Part shown: one piece after another, positions 14,050 through 28,480 of the stretch
Layout: each line of letters starts with the position of its first letter
Position numbering within the stretch: the first letter of the stretch is position 1
From: Octopus sinensis
Taxonomy: Eukaryota
Direction of reading: 5' to 3'
NCBI RefSeq assembly: GCF_006345805.1
Contig: NC_043006.1
Location: forward strand, 48,670,001 to 48,734,000
Length of the DNA: 64,000 bases
Program-made: the position numbers and the translations under genes
The notes under the pieces: generated by a model
What the model saw: the letters and a program-made list of their open reading frames with translations, nothing else
The model's database searches: none
What the model was told of the DNA's origin: nothing

Positions 14050-17000
14050 TGTTAAGAATAGTAAGCTCTAACAAAGCAAAATTTAAAAGATGTAGCAGAA
14101 CCATTTAACATCATAAACTCTACCTCCATCATCATCATCATCAACAACTTTTGTTTTATCAATGCCATCATTCTTTACAATTCTTTATAAAACTGTATAA
14201 TTCAATCCATATCCCGCAACCAAAGAATGCGCCCCAAACTATGCCAAACAGTCATGGGAAGAATTTTGAGAGGGCTCGTTGCAATTCTTCATTCTCTGAC
14301 ATGCTACCCTACCATTCTAGCCACGATAACATCTAGTATCACACACACATACACACACACACGCGTTTATGTATGTACCTAAATTATCCCATAGCTCCAG
14401 GCATCTCCAGCATTAAATACTTGGTTTACACGTCACCTGTCATCTCATATGTTACATACTCTGTCACAAATCTCAGGCCCTCTCATCTATTATGTACCTA
14501 ATTAATACAGACATTGCCACTCATATTTTCACATTTATCTTCCATCATGATATAACAAAGGTAGTTTACTGTGGGCTTTCTCTTTACTTACTTATGTTTA
14601 TTGTGTGGCTTTAGGTTCAATCCCACTGCATGGCACCATGGGTAAGTTTCTTCTAGGGTCAATAAAAGCCTTGTGAGTGAAAGTTGGTAGATTGTAATTG
14701 TTTGCTGAGCTTTCACTGGTTGACTTAATCATTCACTAATTTTCCACTACAATTTGGTCCGTCTGTGCTTTTTACCAAACATTGAGGCCAGTTCTGATGA
14801 CAACATTTTCTCTTGATCTGTCCAGTCTTGGAGGCACTAAGAGAATGCAGTGGCACAACCACACTCCTCTCACAAAGCCCACACTGCAATGTATTTCAGT
14901 ATGTATTTCAGTATGTATTTCAGTATGGCTAAATTGGTTAAAAAATTCAATTTGTGAATTATGAGATTTGATTTTGTTATAATGCATTTGTGCATGCATG
15001 GGGAGATGCATGTGTGTGTGTGTGTGTGTGTGATCTACACATACCTCAAGTCTCCTTTGTAACTGCTGTCACATTTATAGTTTAATATCATCATCGTTTA
15101 ACATCTGCTTTCCATGCTGGCATGGGTTGGATAGTTAGACTGAGGACTGGCAAGCAAGGAGGCTGCATCAAGCTCTAATCTGATCTGGCAAGGTTTCTAC
15201 AGCTGGATGCCCTTCCTAATGCCAGCCACTCCAAGAGTGTAGTGGGAGCTTTTTACATGCCACCGGCATGAGGGCCAGTCAGGCGGCACTGGCATCGGCC
15301 ATGCCTGAATGATGCTTTTTACATGCCAACAGCACAGGAGCCAGTCAGGTAGCACTGGTATTGACCATGCTCAGTATTGCTGCACCCTTTAACATTTAAA
15401 CTGGTCGTATCTGACTTCTCACTCCTGCCCTATAATGTCATTATAAAAATAAACAAAGTCTCGAAGCTATAAGGTAATGCATGACTAATTCAAAGCAATG
15501 TGAATGAATAGACATTGCATTTGACAGAATATATGAATGCTAAAGGGTTAAAATGCATTTTATGAACAAACAAAATCTAAATTAAGGTCAGATAAATGTC
15601 AGATGTGTAAGTAAACAGATAGATAGTGACATAGGTAATACGGACAGACAAGCACGTACATGCATACACAAATGAGGACTGAAACACATGACCATATACA
15701 CACGTGCACACTTCACACACGGACACATATAGAGACATACATAAGACCCATGTAGATAGTCACACAAACCCATACACATAGACACATTCAAACATGCACA
15801 CACAGGGAGAGAGGTATACACACAAGTACACATACACACACATACAAAAAGACACACATGAACACACAGATCACATACATACACACATACAAATGTGCAC
15901 ACATGCATACATATATATCCATACACACACAGACACATACATGCATACTTACATATGTGTATACACATGCACACTGACGCACTCACATGCATACAAACAA
16001 ACAAAAAGGAACGCAGCTCTGATAACAGACGGTCAATGGCTATTGCAAAGGTTGCAAGACGCAGCAAAAATTTTTAGAAAAAATAAATATGTAAATGAGT
16101 GGAAACTGAACCAGTGGGTGTGTCAAATAATAAAGCACTAAAAGAGAATGACACAATAATATATAAAAGTAATTGACTTTAAAAAAAAAAAAATCTACAA
16201 AATATTTTTGCATTTACTGCTCCAAACTTTCCCGTTACTTAAAGGGTTGTCTTTAATGTAAAATATTAAAAAAATAGATGCAGATTTAGATGGAGAAGTT
16301 AGTGTGACATACAGGCAGACAGACACCCGGATAAAAAAATATATATTTCCTGTTTAATTGTCTTCTGCACTTACAAGATTGTCTTTTCACTGTTTGCAGC
16401 TGCAACTATATGCACTTAATCTGTTAATTGTAAGAAGTAGGTCTGGATTATTGACAAGAATGAAAGTAGACATTTGTCTTTACACACCAAGCAGTCATAT
16501 AATATTCGTTTGTTTTTGTTGTTTTTTTCCTCCAGCCTCGCCTCTACTGCATCATTGCTGAAAATAGATGAAGTCTTAGCTTTTGTTCTTATATCTCGTG
16601 TGTGTTTGCTTTCTTTTAATAATTTTAACTTTTGAGGGATTATATAAATATATACTCTTTTATTTTTTATGTGAAACTAATTAACATAAATTAGGGCATT
16701 TGCAATTAAGCTGAATATATATATATGTAATTAAATTTTAATTATTTTTCAAGGTCTAACTGTTTTAGGATTGAACATAAGTAATTCATCCATTATAAGC
16801 TATTACATTGACCTTTCCATATACATGCACAAACACATCCACACTTGATTCATGCATATATGCATGTATGTGTGTGTATATATATACACATACATACATG
16901 CATACACACATAAACATGCATATTTTCTACACACCAATATGGCTGTGTGATTGCTTGCCAACCACACTGTCCTGGGTTCAGTCCCACTGCATGGCACTTT

Positions 17001-17090
17001 GGGCAAGTGTCTTCTATAGCCCCAAGCTGATAAATGCCTTGTGGGCGAATTTGGTACATAGAAACTGTGGGGAATCCTGTCATATGTGTG

Positions 17091-17125
<35 letters not shown>

Positions 17126-17354
17126 CTGTATGCATTAAGGTTTGCCCTCCTCCCCATCACTTGACAACTAGTGCTGGTTTGTATATGTAACTTAACAGTT
17201 TGGCCAAAGTGATTGATAGAATAAGTACCAGACTTAATTATAAGTACTGGGGTTCATTTCTTCGATTAAACCCTTCAAAGCAGTGCCCCAGCATAGCTTG
17301 CAGTCTAATGAGTGAAATATGAAAAAAATAGAAAAGATAGACACACACATACAT

Positions 17355-17427
<73 letters not shown>

Positions 17428-17519
17428 TTCTCTCTTTTTCTAGCCACATACACACATTCACATCATCATCATGCTCATTATCATTTTATATCTGCTTTCC
17501 ATAGTGGCACAAGTTAGAT

Positions 17520-17741
17520 CAGTGGTTCTCAACTGGAGTCCATATAATGTCTTGTTGCCAAAGTGTATACTTCTACAATACACAGAATTTTTTAACAATT
17601 TTGTTTTATACAATTCTTAATAATATTCAGTTACAAAAATATAATGGGATTTTTTTTTAAACATCAAATGGCTATGAAGGTCCAGTAGAATAAAACCGGA
17701 ACCAAAAGAGCCCAATGGTTAAAAATGGTTGAGAATCAATG
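17520..17741. mobile_element. hAT-like MITE (CAGTGGTTCTCAAC TIR)
   Basis: 8-bp TSD agttagat / agttagag (7 of 8 identical). Confidence 0.75.
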
Positions 17742-18210
17742 AGTTAGAGGGATCATCACACTTCCTCACTAGGTGCCACTTCTCATGAACAGGCTAGATT
17801 CGTTTTTGATTTGGTTTCTATGGCTAGATATCTTCTTATCACTAACCACTTTTTACAGCTGGGTGCCCTTCCTGTCATCAACCACAACACACAAACATAG
17901 CAGGAGGCTCTGAGAAGAGATATGGGTACTGCCATCCTTCTTGATGAAAAGTTTTAACACTCTAGTATTCAGAAAACTCTATCGAATATTATGCTTATTT
18001 ATTCACATTGTTTTAAATTCATCATACATTATCTTGTAGCTTTGAGGTTTCAAGATTCTGATTGTTTATTTCTAGAATGACATTTTAGGATAGATAGGAT
18101 AGGTCAAATCCAACAGTTTGTAGATAAAACAGTAGAATATTTTGAAGAGATATGCCCAGTTTAAATGCTAAATGGTTAAAGACAAAAAAAAAAGTGGAGG
18201 AAAAAGAATA

Positions 18211-18620
18211 GGTGCAGGAGTGGCTGTGTGGTAAGTAGCTTGCTTACCAACCACATGGTTCCGGGTTCAGTCCTACTGCGTGGCACCTTGGGCAAGTGTC
18301 TTCTACTATAGCCTCGGGCCGACCAAAGCCTTGTGAGTGGATTTGGTAGATGGAAACTGAAAGAGGCCTGTCGTATATATATATATGTATATATATATGT
18401 ATATATATATGTGTGTCTGTGTTTGTCCCCCCATCCCGACATTGCTTGACAACCGATGCTGGTGTGTTTATGTCCTTGTAACTTAGCGGTTCGGCAAAAG
18501 ACACCGATAGAATAAGTACTAGGCTTACAAAGAATAAGTCCTGGGGTCGATTTGCTCGACTAAAGGCGGTGCTCCAGCGTGGCCACAGGCAAATGACTGA
18601 AACAAGTAAAAGAGTAAAAG
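18211..18620 (+). mobile_element. SINE family A, full-length
   Basis: Head ggtgcaggagtggctgtgtggtaag through tail aaacaagtaaaagagt; near-identical to 20588-20994. Confidence 0.85.
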
Positions 18621-19588
18621 ACGTAGATGTGAACTAATGAAAGGAATGAACAAAATTGGAATGGTTTTGATTATATACCTGTTTGTTCATATCTGACAGA
18701 CTTGAGACTAAATATAAACAACAGCAGCAGCAACAACAACTATAACAACAAGCTGAGTGAAAGATTTGAACGTAAACTGTATTGTCAGTGAAAAAGTCTG
18801 GTGTGCACAACACTTGTCTCAACAACATGATTTAAGTAAAGTTTGTGTTCAGCGAAATGGTTTAACACACTGGTTTAACATGACTGTCCCAACAAATTGT
18901 AAACTTGTTATTACTAGAATACAAATATCTGTTGCAGTTATAAGCCAATAACAAGTGGATAAATATTTGATTTTCTACATGTTTTATACTTACTATGAGA
19001 TAAGATTTGACAGCTTAACTGAGCTTTTTTAGTATTAAAAAAAAAAAAAAGTTAAATAAAATAAACTCTCGGTTCTTTCTCTTGCTTTCTGATAACATCT
19101 TTTTCTTTCCCAAATCACAGCTGCTCGTCAGTCTCTAGGCTATGCGATAACATTTATATCTGATAATAAAATCTCTCATTTCAAATTTCGTGGTGTATAT
19201 ATCACTACCACTATCAACAACAACAACCACAACAACAGCAGTAACAACAACAATTTTTGATCAGTACCAACCCTACGTCCTCTCTTACACTCCTGGTAAA
19301 AATCTTCTTTAAAACCATAACAAATCTTTTATTTTTGATATGAGCAAATATAAAGTTAAGTTGGAGAGAGATGTACTTGGTGGTGATGGTGGTGGCTATG
19401 GCATGGTGGTGGCAGTGGTGGTTGGTGTCTGGAATAAGACCAATTACTTACTGTTTACAAATGTAAGAAGGTCTCTCTTGCTATCAGGCCCCTTCTCTGG
19501 TTTCTTACTTTCAAGGGTTGTTAGCTGTCAATGGAGGAAAGATATTGTTTTTAAATATTTAGAAAGTTAGTCAAGTAAGGAGCTTTAT

Positions 19589-19619
<31 letters not shown>

Positions 19620-20587
19620 TAAAATGTAAATTTGATATAAAAAGTGTGTATGTGTGTGTATGTGCTCTGAGTGTGTGTAAACATACACACACACTGAATG
19701 TTTTCCAAACTAATTTGACAGGAGTTAGTTTACTTATCCCCTCCTCCACCTAGCATTAACCCACCTCCCCACAAATCACGAGATCCCTGACTCCAGACTC
19801 TGCTGCTGTCACCTACAGAAATATTTACACTGTGAAGTATCAAGACACAGCACCATCATTCTGTTATTTTTATTGCACTTCTTTAAAACCACATTCAGTT
19901 TTTTTTTCAACCTCGTTTTTCATAGTTGTTTTTTTTTTTGAGACTAAAATTGGTAACCATAGTGACATTTTGACCCTTTAAGGATGAAGTTTCTAAGTTA
20001 CGATCACTTTGGCCCATATAAGATGTCTGAGTTGATATACCAGCCAGCTGTTTTTGTGCAAGAAAGAATAGGGCTGGTCTTTTATAAATACTGTATTTGA
20101 AGGCATATAAAACACACACATACTAAAAAATGTCTCAGAAATCCATCCCAGGCCCTTTATGTGTAGTGGGGCCTATATTTGATGCTTTAACCTTTTCAGT
20201 GCCAATCTACCGAAGACTGGCTTTGATTTTATAATACAAGTTTCCTGCTTTTATTCTTCAGCATTCAGGTTATTCTATCAAATGCAATACTTATTCATTT
20301 ACATTGCTTTAAATTAATCAGGTATTATCTCACGGTCTCAGGGTTTCAATGATGTTATTGTCTACTTTTAGACTGACCTGGTAGGTGTGACAGACTAGAT
20401 CTGGCTGGTTTGAACATAAAACAGGTAGAATATTCGAGCCAGGTGTGGCTGGTTTAAATGCCATAAGGTTAAAATGATCTAAATTTAAACCTTCCACCAA
20501 AATTCCATATCAATTTATGTCCCAAACTCCAGCTTAATAATGACAAAGTTATTTTACTAAATTCTTCGTTATTTTCAAAATTAATTA

Positions 20588-20994
20588 GGCGCAGGAGTGG
20601 CTGTGTGGTAAGTAGCTTGCTAACCAACCACATGGTTCCGGGTTCAGTCCCACTGCGTGGCATCTTGGGCAAGTGTCTTCTGCTATAGCCTCGGGCCGAC
20701 CAAAGCCTTGTGAGTGGATTTGGTTGACGGAAACTGAAAGAAGCCTGTCGTATATATATAAATATATGTATGTGTGTGTATATGTTTGTGTGTCTGTGTT
20801 TGTCCCTCTAGCATTGCTTGACAACCGATGCTGGTGTGTTTACGTCCCCGTCACTTAGCGGTTCGGCAAAAGAGACCGATAGAGTAAGTACTGGGCTTAC
20901 AAAGAATAAGTCCTGGGGTCGATTTGCTCGACTAAAGGCGGTGCTCCAGCATGGCCGCTGTCAAATGACTGAAACAAGTAAAAGAGTAAAGAGT
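20588..20994 (+). mobile_element. SINE family A, full-length, low divergence
   Basis: ggcgcaggagtggctgtgtgg head through gaaacaagtaaaagagtaaagagt tail. Confidence 0.88.
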
Positions 20995-21777
20995 AACGTC
21001 AGAGTATTTTCACAGAAATATGGTAACAAAAGTGGTCAATACCCTAAAATATTTTATAATTAGCTGCTTTATTTGTTGGGCAAGATTAGTGACTAAATGT
21101 CGCTTGATTTTCTATATATTGCAAACTAGAGGGAACTACTACCATCTCTAGCAGGCAGGTGTCCAGCACTGAGGATGGGCAAAAATGGCCTGAAACCAAG
21201 CTTGTCTGTTGGTTCTGTCACAAGAAGGTGGTAGGGATTCGCTCCTTGTTCCCCTGCTTACAATATATCGGATGCAGATTGCATCGTTAACTAGCTACAG
21301 AAATTGTCCTCTTGTGGTTAAAAAATTGTAGTAACATATGTTCATATGGAACAGCCATGTTGAAGTGGCTACAAATATTACTTACCCTAAAATATTCTTT
21401 TCCTTAGAACGCTTTGCTGAAATGGGAGTGCATCTAATATGCTCGTGAGTCTTTTATACCATCATATATGGGCACATGTATGTGACAACAATTATTGTCA
21501 TCATTTGAAAATCCACTTTTCTATGCTTGCATGGGTGGAATGGAATCTGTTGAAGCAGATTTTTCTGCACCCAGATACCCTTCCTACTGCTAATTCTCAT
21601 GCGTTTCCTAATGATATAATATTTCTCCAAGGCCAGATGTTTTCATGAAAGATTAGAAATGAAGAACACCACTTCTATGATAGTGGCACTGAGACTTGCA
21701 CGTGTGAAGGTGCATCATGAGTGCAACACCCTAACCATTAGGCCATAATAATAATAATAATGATAATAATAATAATA

Positions 21778-22156
21778 AGAGCACTCAGAGGATGCAAGCC
21801 TCCACCAAAGCAACACCAACGTCCTCTCAATGGTTGCCGGGGATGATTTTTTAAATGAGAATATCTGAAATAAACTCGACTGCACTCTCAAATGAGAATA
21901 TTAAAAATGAACCTGATCACTCTTAAAAATTAAGTAAAAAAAAACAAAACAAACAAAATAAAAAAAACGGAAAAATAATCCAGAATCCTTATCCAATACC
22001 AGATCAATCCCAAAATCTAATCAGTTTGTGCCAGTCATGAGGCCAGACATCTCTGAAAGTTTCATCTGAATCCATCCAGCAGTTCTTGAGAGATCTTGTC
22101 CACGGACAAACAAACACGACTGAAAACAATACCTCCGCCTTCACTAAGGTGGAGGT
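21778..22156 (+). mobile_element. Helentron/Helitron2-type (HINE-like) non-autonomous element
   Basis: Subterminal cctccacc (21799-21806); terminal hairpin acctccgcctt-cact-aaggtggaggt (22131-22156); flanked by (AAT)n. Confidence 0.6.
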
Positions 22157-23165
22157 AATAATAATATATGTGCACATACACAACAGGCTTCTTTCAGTTT
22201 CTGTCTACCAAATCCATTCACAAAGCTTAAGTAGCCTTTTCCATAACCTCTTATTTGATACTGCTTTGGGTTAATTCTTCTCGGGACCTCAGCTATTGGA
22301 TGAAAATTTATCTTAACATCTATCTCGGTTAACTTAGTAATACATTTAACAAATGTTTACATTAACTTAGTCACTAGAACTACAGATTGAACAACTACTT
22401 TGAAATTTTTACCTCTTGACCTTAACATTTACCCTTTTAAGAAGAAATATTTCTGATATTTTACCTTTCTTCAAATAAAATTTCTTTAATATTAATATGT
22501 AAACAGTAGGATAATTTGGTGAAAGCAATTTATCAGATAAGAATAATCATTAGAAAATATATATCATATGTATTTTGTGTCCAATGATAATTCTGCCAAT
22601 TTCTACTCAAATGTGAATCTATTAGAATAGAATATCCTCTCTTTCCCATCTGCCAGATAAAAATAGATTTATCTGAGTTTCCATATATGGTGAAATACTT
22701 TACTGTTATTTAGGCTCTAGGTCACTTTATTGATTTTTAAATAATCCTTTTTTTTTTTTTTCCATTTCTAATTTTTTGATCTAGCAGTAACTTGTACCTG
22801 TTGTATCTCTTTTGTTGTTTTCAATATGACCTATGTATGTATGTAAGTATGTATATGATGAAAGTGGTTGATGTAGTGATATGTGACCCCTGAAAAGAAT
22901 CTGGTAGTATATTGAAGCAATTCATGTACTGAAAGGTCAGTGCCATGAACACACAGTCATAAGTCTTTCCTTTTTATGTATATTTAGTTTGTTTTTACTT
23001 GTGTTTTACAAGCATCACAAGATAGACTATGCCTGTACATCATAAACCAGTTTTGTCACACACTGCATCACCAGATTCTGCCCAGAGAAATGAGATAGGA
23101 GTATTCAACACATGTTGTAGGAGATAGTCGGGTTATTGAAACTAAAACTAGGAGTTTCTCTAGCA

Positions 23166-23495
23166 CAGGGGTTCTCTACCATTTTTTATCTATGGACCCC
23201 TTTGATTACTGTTTTTTTTCTGGTGGACCCCCATAGCCATTCAATACTTAAAAACTAGTTTTATAGAAACTTCTTTCAGAATTCCTATTTTGTTTTTTCC
23301 CACATTAACATGTGTAGGTACAACTGTGAAATGTTAGAGAAAGAAGCCAAGCTATTTCTTACAATATATACCAATACATACATCTGAAGCAAAATTTTTT
23401 CAGGGGCCCTTAAAATACTATTGTGGGTCCTCAATTTACTATTTTGTTGTGCACACTCCCAAAAATCTTGTATTGACCCCAGTTGAGAACCACTG
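23166..23495. mobile_element. hAT-like MITE
   Basis: Termini caggggttctc / gagaaccactg; TSD ctctagca / gtctagca, resembling the NTCTAGAN preference of Charlie-type hATs. Confidence 0.8.
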
Positions 23496-24134
23496 GTCTA
23501 GCAGCTCAAGTTTCATGCTGCAGTGATCTTCAGACTAGGACTGTCACACCTCAATATTGATAGTGTATTTGTATTCTTTGGTCTAGTGTTTGTTCAATCA
23601 GTAAACATGAAAAGCCAACCAAGGAATAGACACAATTACTAGAGCAAGGGATATAAATGCACCACCAATGCCAAGTTGTAACAGTTCTTGCCTGAAGATT
23701 GCAGTGTCATGAAACTCAAGCCACAAGATAACTGATCAGTTTGTTTCGAAAAAAGAATATATCTGTGTGTCTGTGTGTGTGTATGAATGCACACTCTCCA
23801 TATTATAAAAATAATTTTCAATGCTAAGTATACCAGTTTTATTCACTGAACCACCTGCACATTGTATTGTAGTGTTAAGTGGCTGAGTATTCCACAGACA
23901 CTTGTAACTTCAACATAATCCTCATGCAGAATCAGGTGACAAACTTGGTCCTTGTTTTACCAATATCATCTAGCCAACATGTTCCAAAACTGTTTCCATC
24001 TTGGGTCAACATGAAGTTATTGTAAAAGACACTTGTGACATAAAATACCACTTGGTGAGATTGAACCCAATACCTCATGTTGATAAACAAGCTTCTAAAC
24101 TACTTACCCTTGCCTATGTTCATACACACACTAT

Positions 24135-24342
24135 TCTTTTACTCTTTTACTTGCTTCGGTCATTTTGACTGCGGCCATGCTGGAGCACCACCTTTAGTCA
24201 AGCAAATTGACCCCAGGACTTATTCTTTGTAAGCCTAGTACTTATTCTATCGGTCTCTTTTGCTGAACCGCTAAGTTACAGGGACATAAACACACCAGCA
24301 TCAGTTGTCAAGCGATGTTGGGGGGGATAAACACATAACACC

Positions 24343-24382
<40 letters not shown>

Positions 24383-24544
24383 CTACGAGCTTCTTTCAGT
24401 TTCCATCTACCAAATCCACTTGCAAGGCTTTGGTCGGTCTGAGGCTATAGTAAAAGACACTTGCCCAAGATGCCACGCAGTGGGACTGAACCCAGAACCA
24501 TGTGGTTGGTAAGGAAGCTACTTACCACACAGCCACTCTTGCGC
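24135..24544 (-). mobile_element. SINE family A, full-length, reverse orientation
   Basis: Reverse complement of the 20588 copy, with an internal (CA)n run. Confidence 0.85.
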
Positions 24545-25103
24545 ATATATATTTTTTGTTATTCTTTATAGTACTCTATTGTTAAAGCCATCATTTACCT
24601 TTTTATATGTACTCTTTGTGAAGGTGCATGGCACAATAGTTAGAACCCTGAACTGGGCTGTGAGTTGTCTTCTTGTTCACTCAGCTGTAGAAATGAGTTG
24701 CTACGGCCTTAGACAACATTGGTGGCATGAAGAGAGGAGGCTGGTATGTATGGGCGACTATTGGTCTTCTACAAACAACCTTGCCAGGACTTGTACCTCA
24801 GAGGGGACCTTTCTTGGGGCAATCCTATTGTCATTCATGAATAAATGGGGTGTTTATGTTCTCTTTGTAATGTCTCGTACCCCTCCAAACATAAACACAT
24901 ACACTGATAGGTGCAGACATAGCCATGTAGTTAAGAAACGTGCTTCCCAACCACATGGTTTCAAGTTCAATCCTGTTGTATGGCACTTTGGGCATGTATC
25001 TTCTGCTATAGCCCCAGTTCAACCAAAGCCTTTCAAGTGGATTTGGTGGGAAGAAACAGAAAGAAGCCTGTTTTGTGTGTGTGTCCTTGCCAAGACATCA
25101 TAT

Positions 25104-25353
25104 CATCATCATCGTTTAACATCCGCTTTCCATGCTAGCATGGGTTGGACGATTTGACTGAGGACTGGCGAACCAGATGGCTGCACCAGGCTCCAGTCTG
25201 ATCTGGCAGAGTTTCTACAGCTGGATGCCCTTCCTGTGGAAACTCTGCCAGATCAGATTGGAGCTTGGTGCAGCCATCTGGTTCGCCAGTCCTCAGACAA
25301 ATCGTCCAACCCATGCTAGCATGGAAAGTGGACGTTAAACGATGATGATGATG
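25104..25353. repeat. Fold-back inverted duplication of the 3' part of SINE family C (about 116-bp arms, 13-nt loop)
   Basis: Left arm 25104-25220 is the reverse complement of the right arm starting at 25234, with 6 mismatches counted by eye; both (GAT)n tails point outward. Confidence 0.9.
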
Positions 25354-25668
25354 GCAAGGACATGTGCTAGATGTAAATGAGCATCACCATCTTAGAAGTA
25401 CTATCTTTTATTTCCAATTATCTATGAAAACATGTCTGGCCATGGAGAAATATCACCTCACTTAAAAATAAATGAGGGTTGGTGACAGGAAGGGCGCCCA
25501 ACCACAGAAAATCTGCCTCATTGAATTCCATCCAAGCCATGCGAACTTGGAAAAGCAGATGTTAAAATGGTAATGGTAATGTTGATGAGGATGTAATGAT
25601 GATATGTATATATGTATTCTTATTGTCCTTCAACTCTAATAATCTTTTTTTGCCATCTTTTCTTGCAG

Positions 25669-25825
25669 GGTCTTCTGTTCACTTCAGAAAGTTCCATTTC
25701 ACTGTTGAGCCAAGTGATGTGGTCACCAATCGAGGTGAAGATATACAGTTACACTGCAATGCCCAGCACGGATATAATAAAACAAATATCTTTTGGAAAA
25801 AAGACAACGAACTCTTACATACGAG
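25669..25825 (+). CDS. DCC: DCC/neogenin exon: N-terminal half of Ig1 (GSSVHFRKFHFTVEPSDVVTNRGEDIQLHCNAQHGYNKTNIFWKKDNELLHTR)
   Basis: Acceptor tttcttgcAG|GG (phase 1), donor GAG|GTATGC (phase 2); Ig B-strand Cys and C-strand Trp present. Confidence 0.92.
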
Positions 25826-28215
25826 GTATGCAAAACAAATAGACTTTCTTTTTTTTTTCCTGAAATTCCCCATTACCATTTTCTGTCTTTTTCCAACATT
25901 TTTTCTTTATTTTTCATTTATTTTAGTTTTTTAAATTTTGGGTTGTAATACAAGAACATTACAGATATTAAACTTTTGGAGTTAACAAGCAGTATGTGGT
26001 TTCTGAGCTATTAAAACTTTTATCACCATTATCAGCATTTTATGTCCATATCTCTGGCTTCATATAATTTGCCCTTCGCTTGGAGAAAGTAGCCCTTTGT
26101 TGCCAACAGAGATTACATAGTTAACTAAATTTTCTTCTTCACCCAAACTCTAGCTACTTAAACTTTTGCAGCACTCACCTGAACTGCAGTAAAGGTAATA
26201 AAAACCGTCAACACTTTTGTGCATCCATAGATTACATTTTTAGACTGAATGCAATGTCTAAAGTGTCTTATCAACTCCCTTGGCTGCTTAGCAGATATAG
26301 CTACTTCCTAAATGGCAGTGGAGTTCTATATTTTCTCCTACTAACAAAAACTGTAGTCTTATCTTAATTCTAAGTCCTGCTTCCTTGTTTTGAATTTTTC
26401 TTTTAATTCTTCAATTGATTCAGTTATAAAAACTAAGGTCATCAGTTTACAAAAGCTACTGCAAGCATTCAGTCTCAAACTTCTCTGTTATGACCTGAGA
26501 ATCTGTAAGAAACAGGATGGAGCTTGAGAGCCGAGCTCCAATGCACACCTACTTGAATGCTAAATTCCTTATGGACACTTCACTTTGCTAACTGCACCTT
26601 TCTTCATGGCTTGCATGCTCTTGTAATGCATTCAGGTGATGAAGTGGTAGAGTGAAAGAGAAAGTATTTTGTAATACTATCTTTTACTTGTTCTAGTCAT
26701 TGGAGTGCAGCCTGGCAGGGTTTAGTTGCACAAATTGACCCCACTATTTATTCGTTTTTAACTTATTCTATCACTCTTTTTTGTTGAGCTGCTAAGTTAT
26801 GGAGACATAAACAAACTAGCACCAGTTGTCAATTACTGGACGATGGACAAACACACACATATATATACATACACACACACATATATATATATTCATACAC
26901 ACATATATACATACTCAACAGACTTCCCTACAGTTTCTGTCTGCCAATTTCACAATGCTTTGTGCTGCCATAGAGCTATAGCAGAAGACACTTTCCCAAG
27001 GTGCCACACAGTAGAATTGAACTCCAAACTATGTGGTTGAAATGCAGGCTTCTTAACCTCACAGCCACATTTTTTATTATATTTGTTCTGGTTCTTCACA
27101 TTCCGATTTTAAACTTTGCCTTATTGCTGTATTTGAAAATCCATAAGTTACTAGAACATCAGTACATCATAACATTATTATTATTTAAAACATTTAAAAA
27201 AAAATTTGGATAAGAATTTTTCCGTATTTTTCTGGCTAATTCCCTTATAGTTTATTTTGAAGATTAACATTTTTAAGTCCATCAGCCTAGGAATGTTAAT
27301 GTTCATAACATTCTAAACAACTGATACGAAAATGTCTGAATTCTTGTAAATATAAAAGAAGAAAATCTTGAGCTATTGCATTTTTAATAATACGGATTAA
27401 AATGGAAAAGTTATTCTCCATTTGTTATTTTTTGGGAAACAAGATCTACCAATAACATCCACAAAACTAATAACAGAACTGCAGTGATCCTAATCAATCT
27501 GTTAAAATCCATCCAGCCATATTCTCCATCCACTGTTCTTGGGAAGGTTGTAGGGGTAGAATTCGCAGGACCCCTCCTCTATAGGGTCGTATCTGAAAAC
27601 AACTGTTATTACACTTTCCGATTAAATTCCCAAACATGTCCAACTGAGACTATGGATTTTATATAAGCGTCTTGTTTTTGCACCACCCTTACGTCTCCTG
27701 CTGGTTGGCTCAGTTTTAAGAATTTGCTTTGAAATTCTTTTCTGCCACATTATAATCTTACATCCATAGTACCAGAGCTGTAATCTCTCAATGCAGAGGA
27801 AGCAGCAGTTTGACCTGGAGAATCTTCTTCATCTCTGAGTTGGTATTTAGCATGATGTTTGTGTGTCTAATAGCATATATCAGTTCTGGCAGAACTCATG
27901 CTCTGCTCTGACTGACTTTTAAGACCTTCATGTCCTCTGCTAAACTAACAGAACATGACACTGAAGAACTGTAAGCATCGACTTCATCATCATCACCATC
28001 TTCATCATTTAACATCCGTTTTCCATGCTGGCATGGGTTGGATGCTTTAATGGGAGCTGACACCAACCACTTCACATAGTTTACTGGGCGTTTTTTATAC
28101 GGTACCAGCACTAGTAAAATCACCAAGTAATTTGCAACACAAAGCCCTGCTCCTCAACTCTGATGGGTGTAGTCCTGAGGGAGGTGGCTTTATACCAGAT
28201 GATAAAAGGTTAGAG

Positions 28216-28480
28216 TAGTGTTTCTCAAGGACTGTTTTTTTTTTTTTTGCTTATGGGCTCCTTTGATCCCTATTTTACTTGGGTGGACCCCCATACTCAT
28301 TTGATGTTTAAAAAAATCATATATTTCTTTAATTAAATATTATTAGGGATTATATTTTTAAAAAACTGTTAAATTATTTTATGCTTTGTAGAAATATAAC
28401 CATTTTATTAAACAAATAGTTAACATCAGTATCTTACATGGACCTCTAAGGGCTAAATGGATCCTGTTTGAGAACCACTG
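28216..28480. mobile_element. hAT-like MITE
   Basis: Termini tagtgtttctcaa / ttgagaaccactg; TSD ggttagag / ggctagag. Confidence 0.75.

Noticed and set aside
16510-16600. Strong-looking acceptor tttttttcctccAG at 16535
   Set aside because: The phase-1 reading hits TGA after eight codons and there is no good donor nearby.
20588-20670. tRNA genes at the tRNA-like heads (many copies)
   Set aside because: A/B boxes are present, but each runs into a SINE body and tail and lacks a complete cloverleaf.
1-25668. The canonical signal-peptide first exon of the receptor
   Set aside because: No ATG-hydrophobic-phase-1-donor combination found by eye (candidates at 2364, 7307 and 19340 fail on donor or phase); it is probably upstream of the window.
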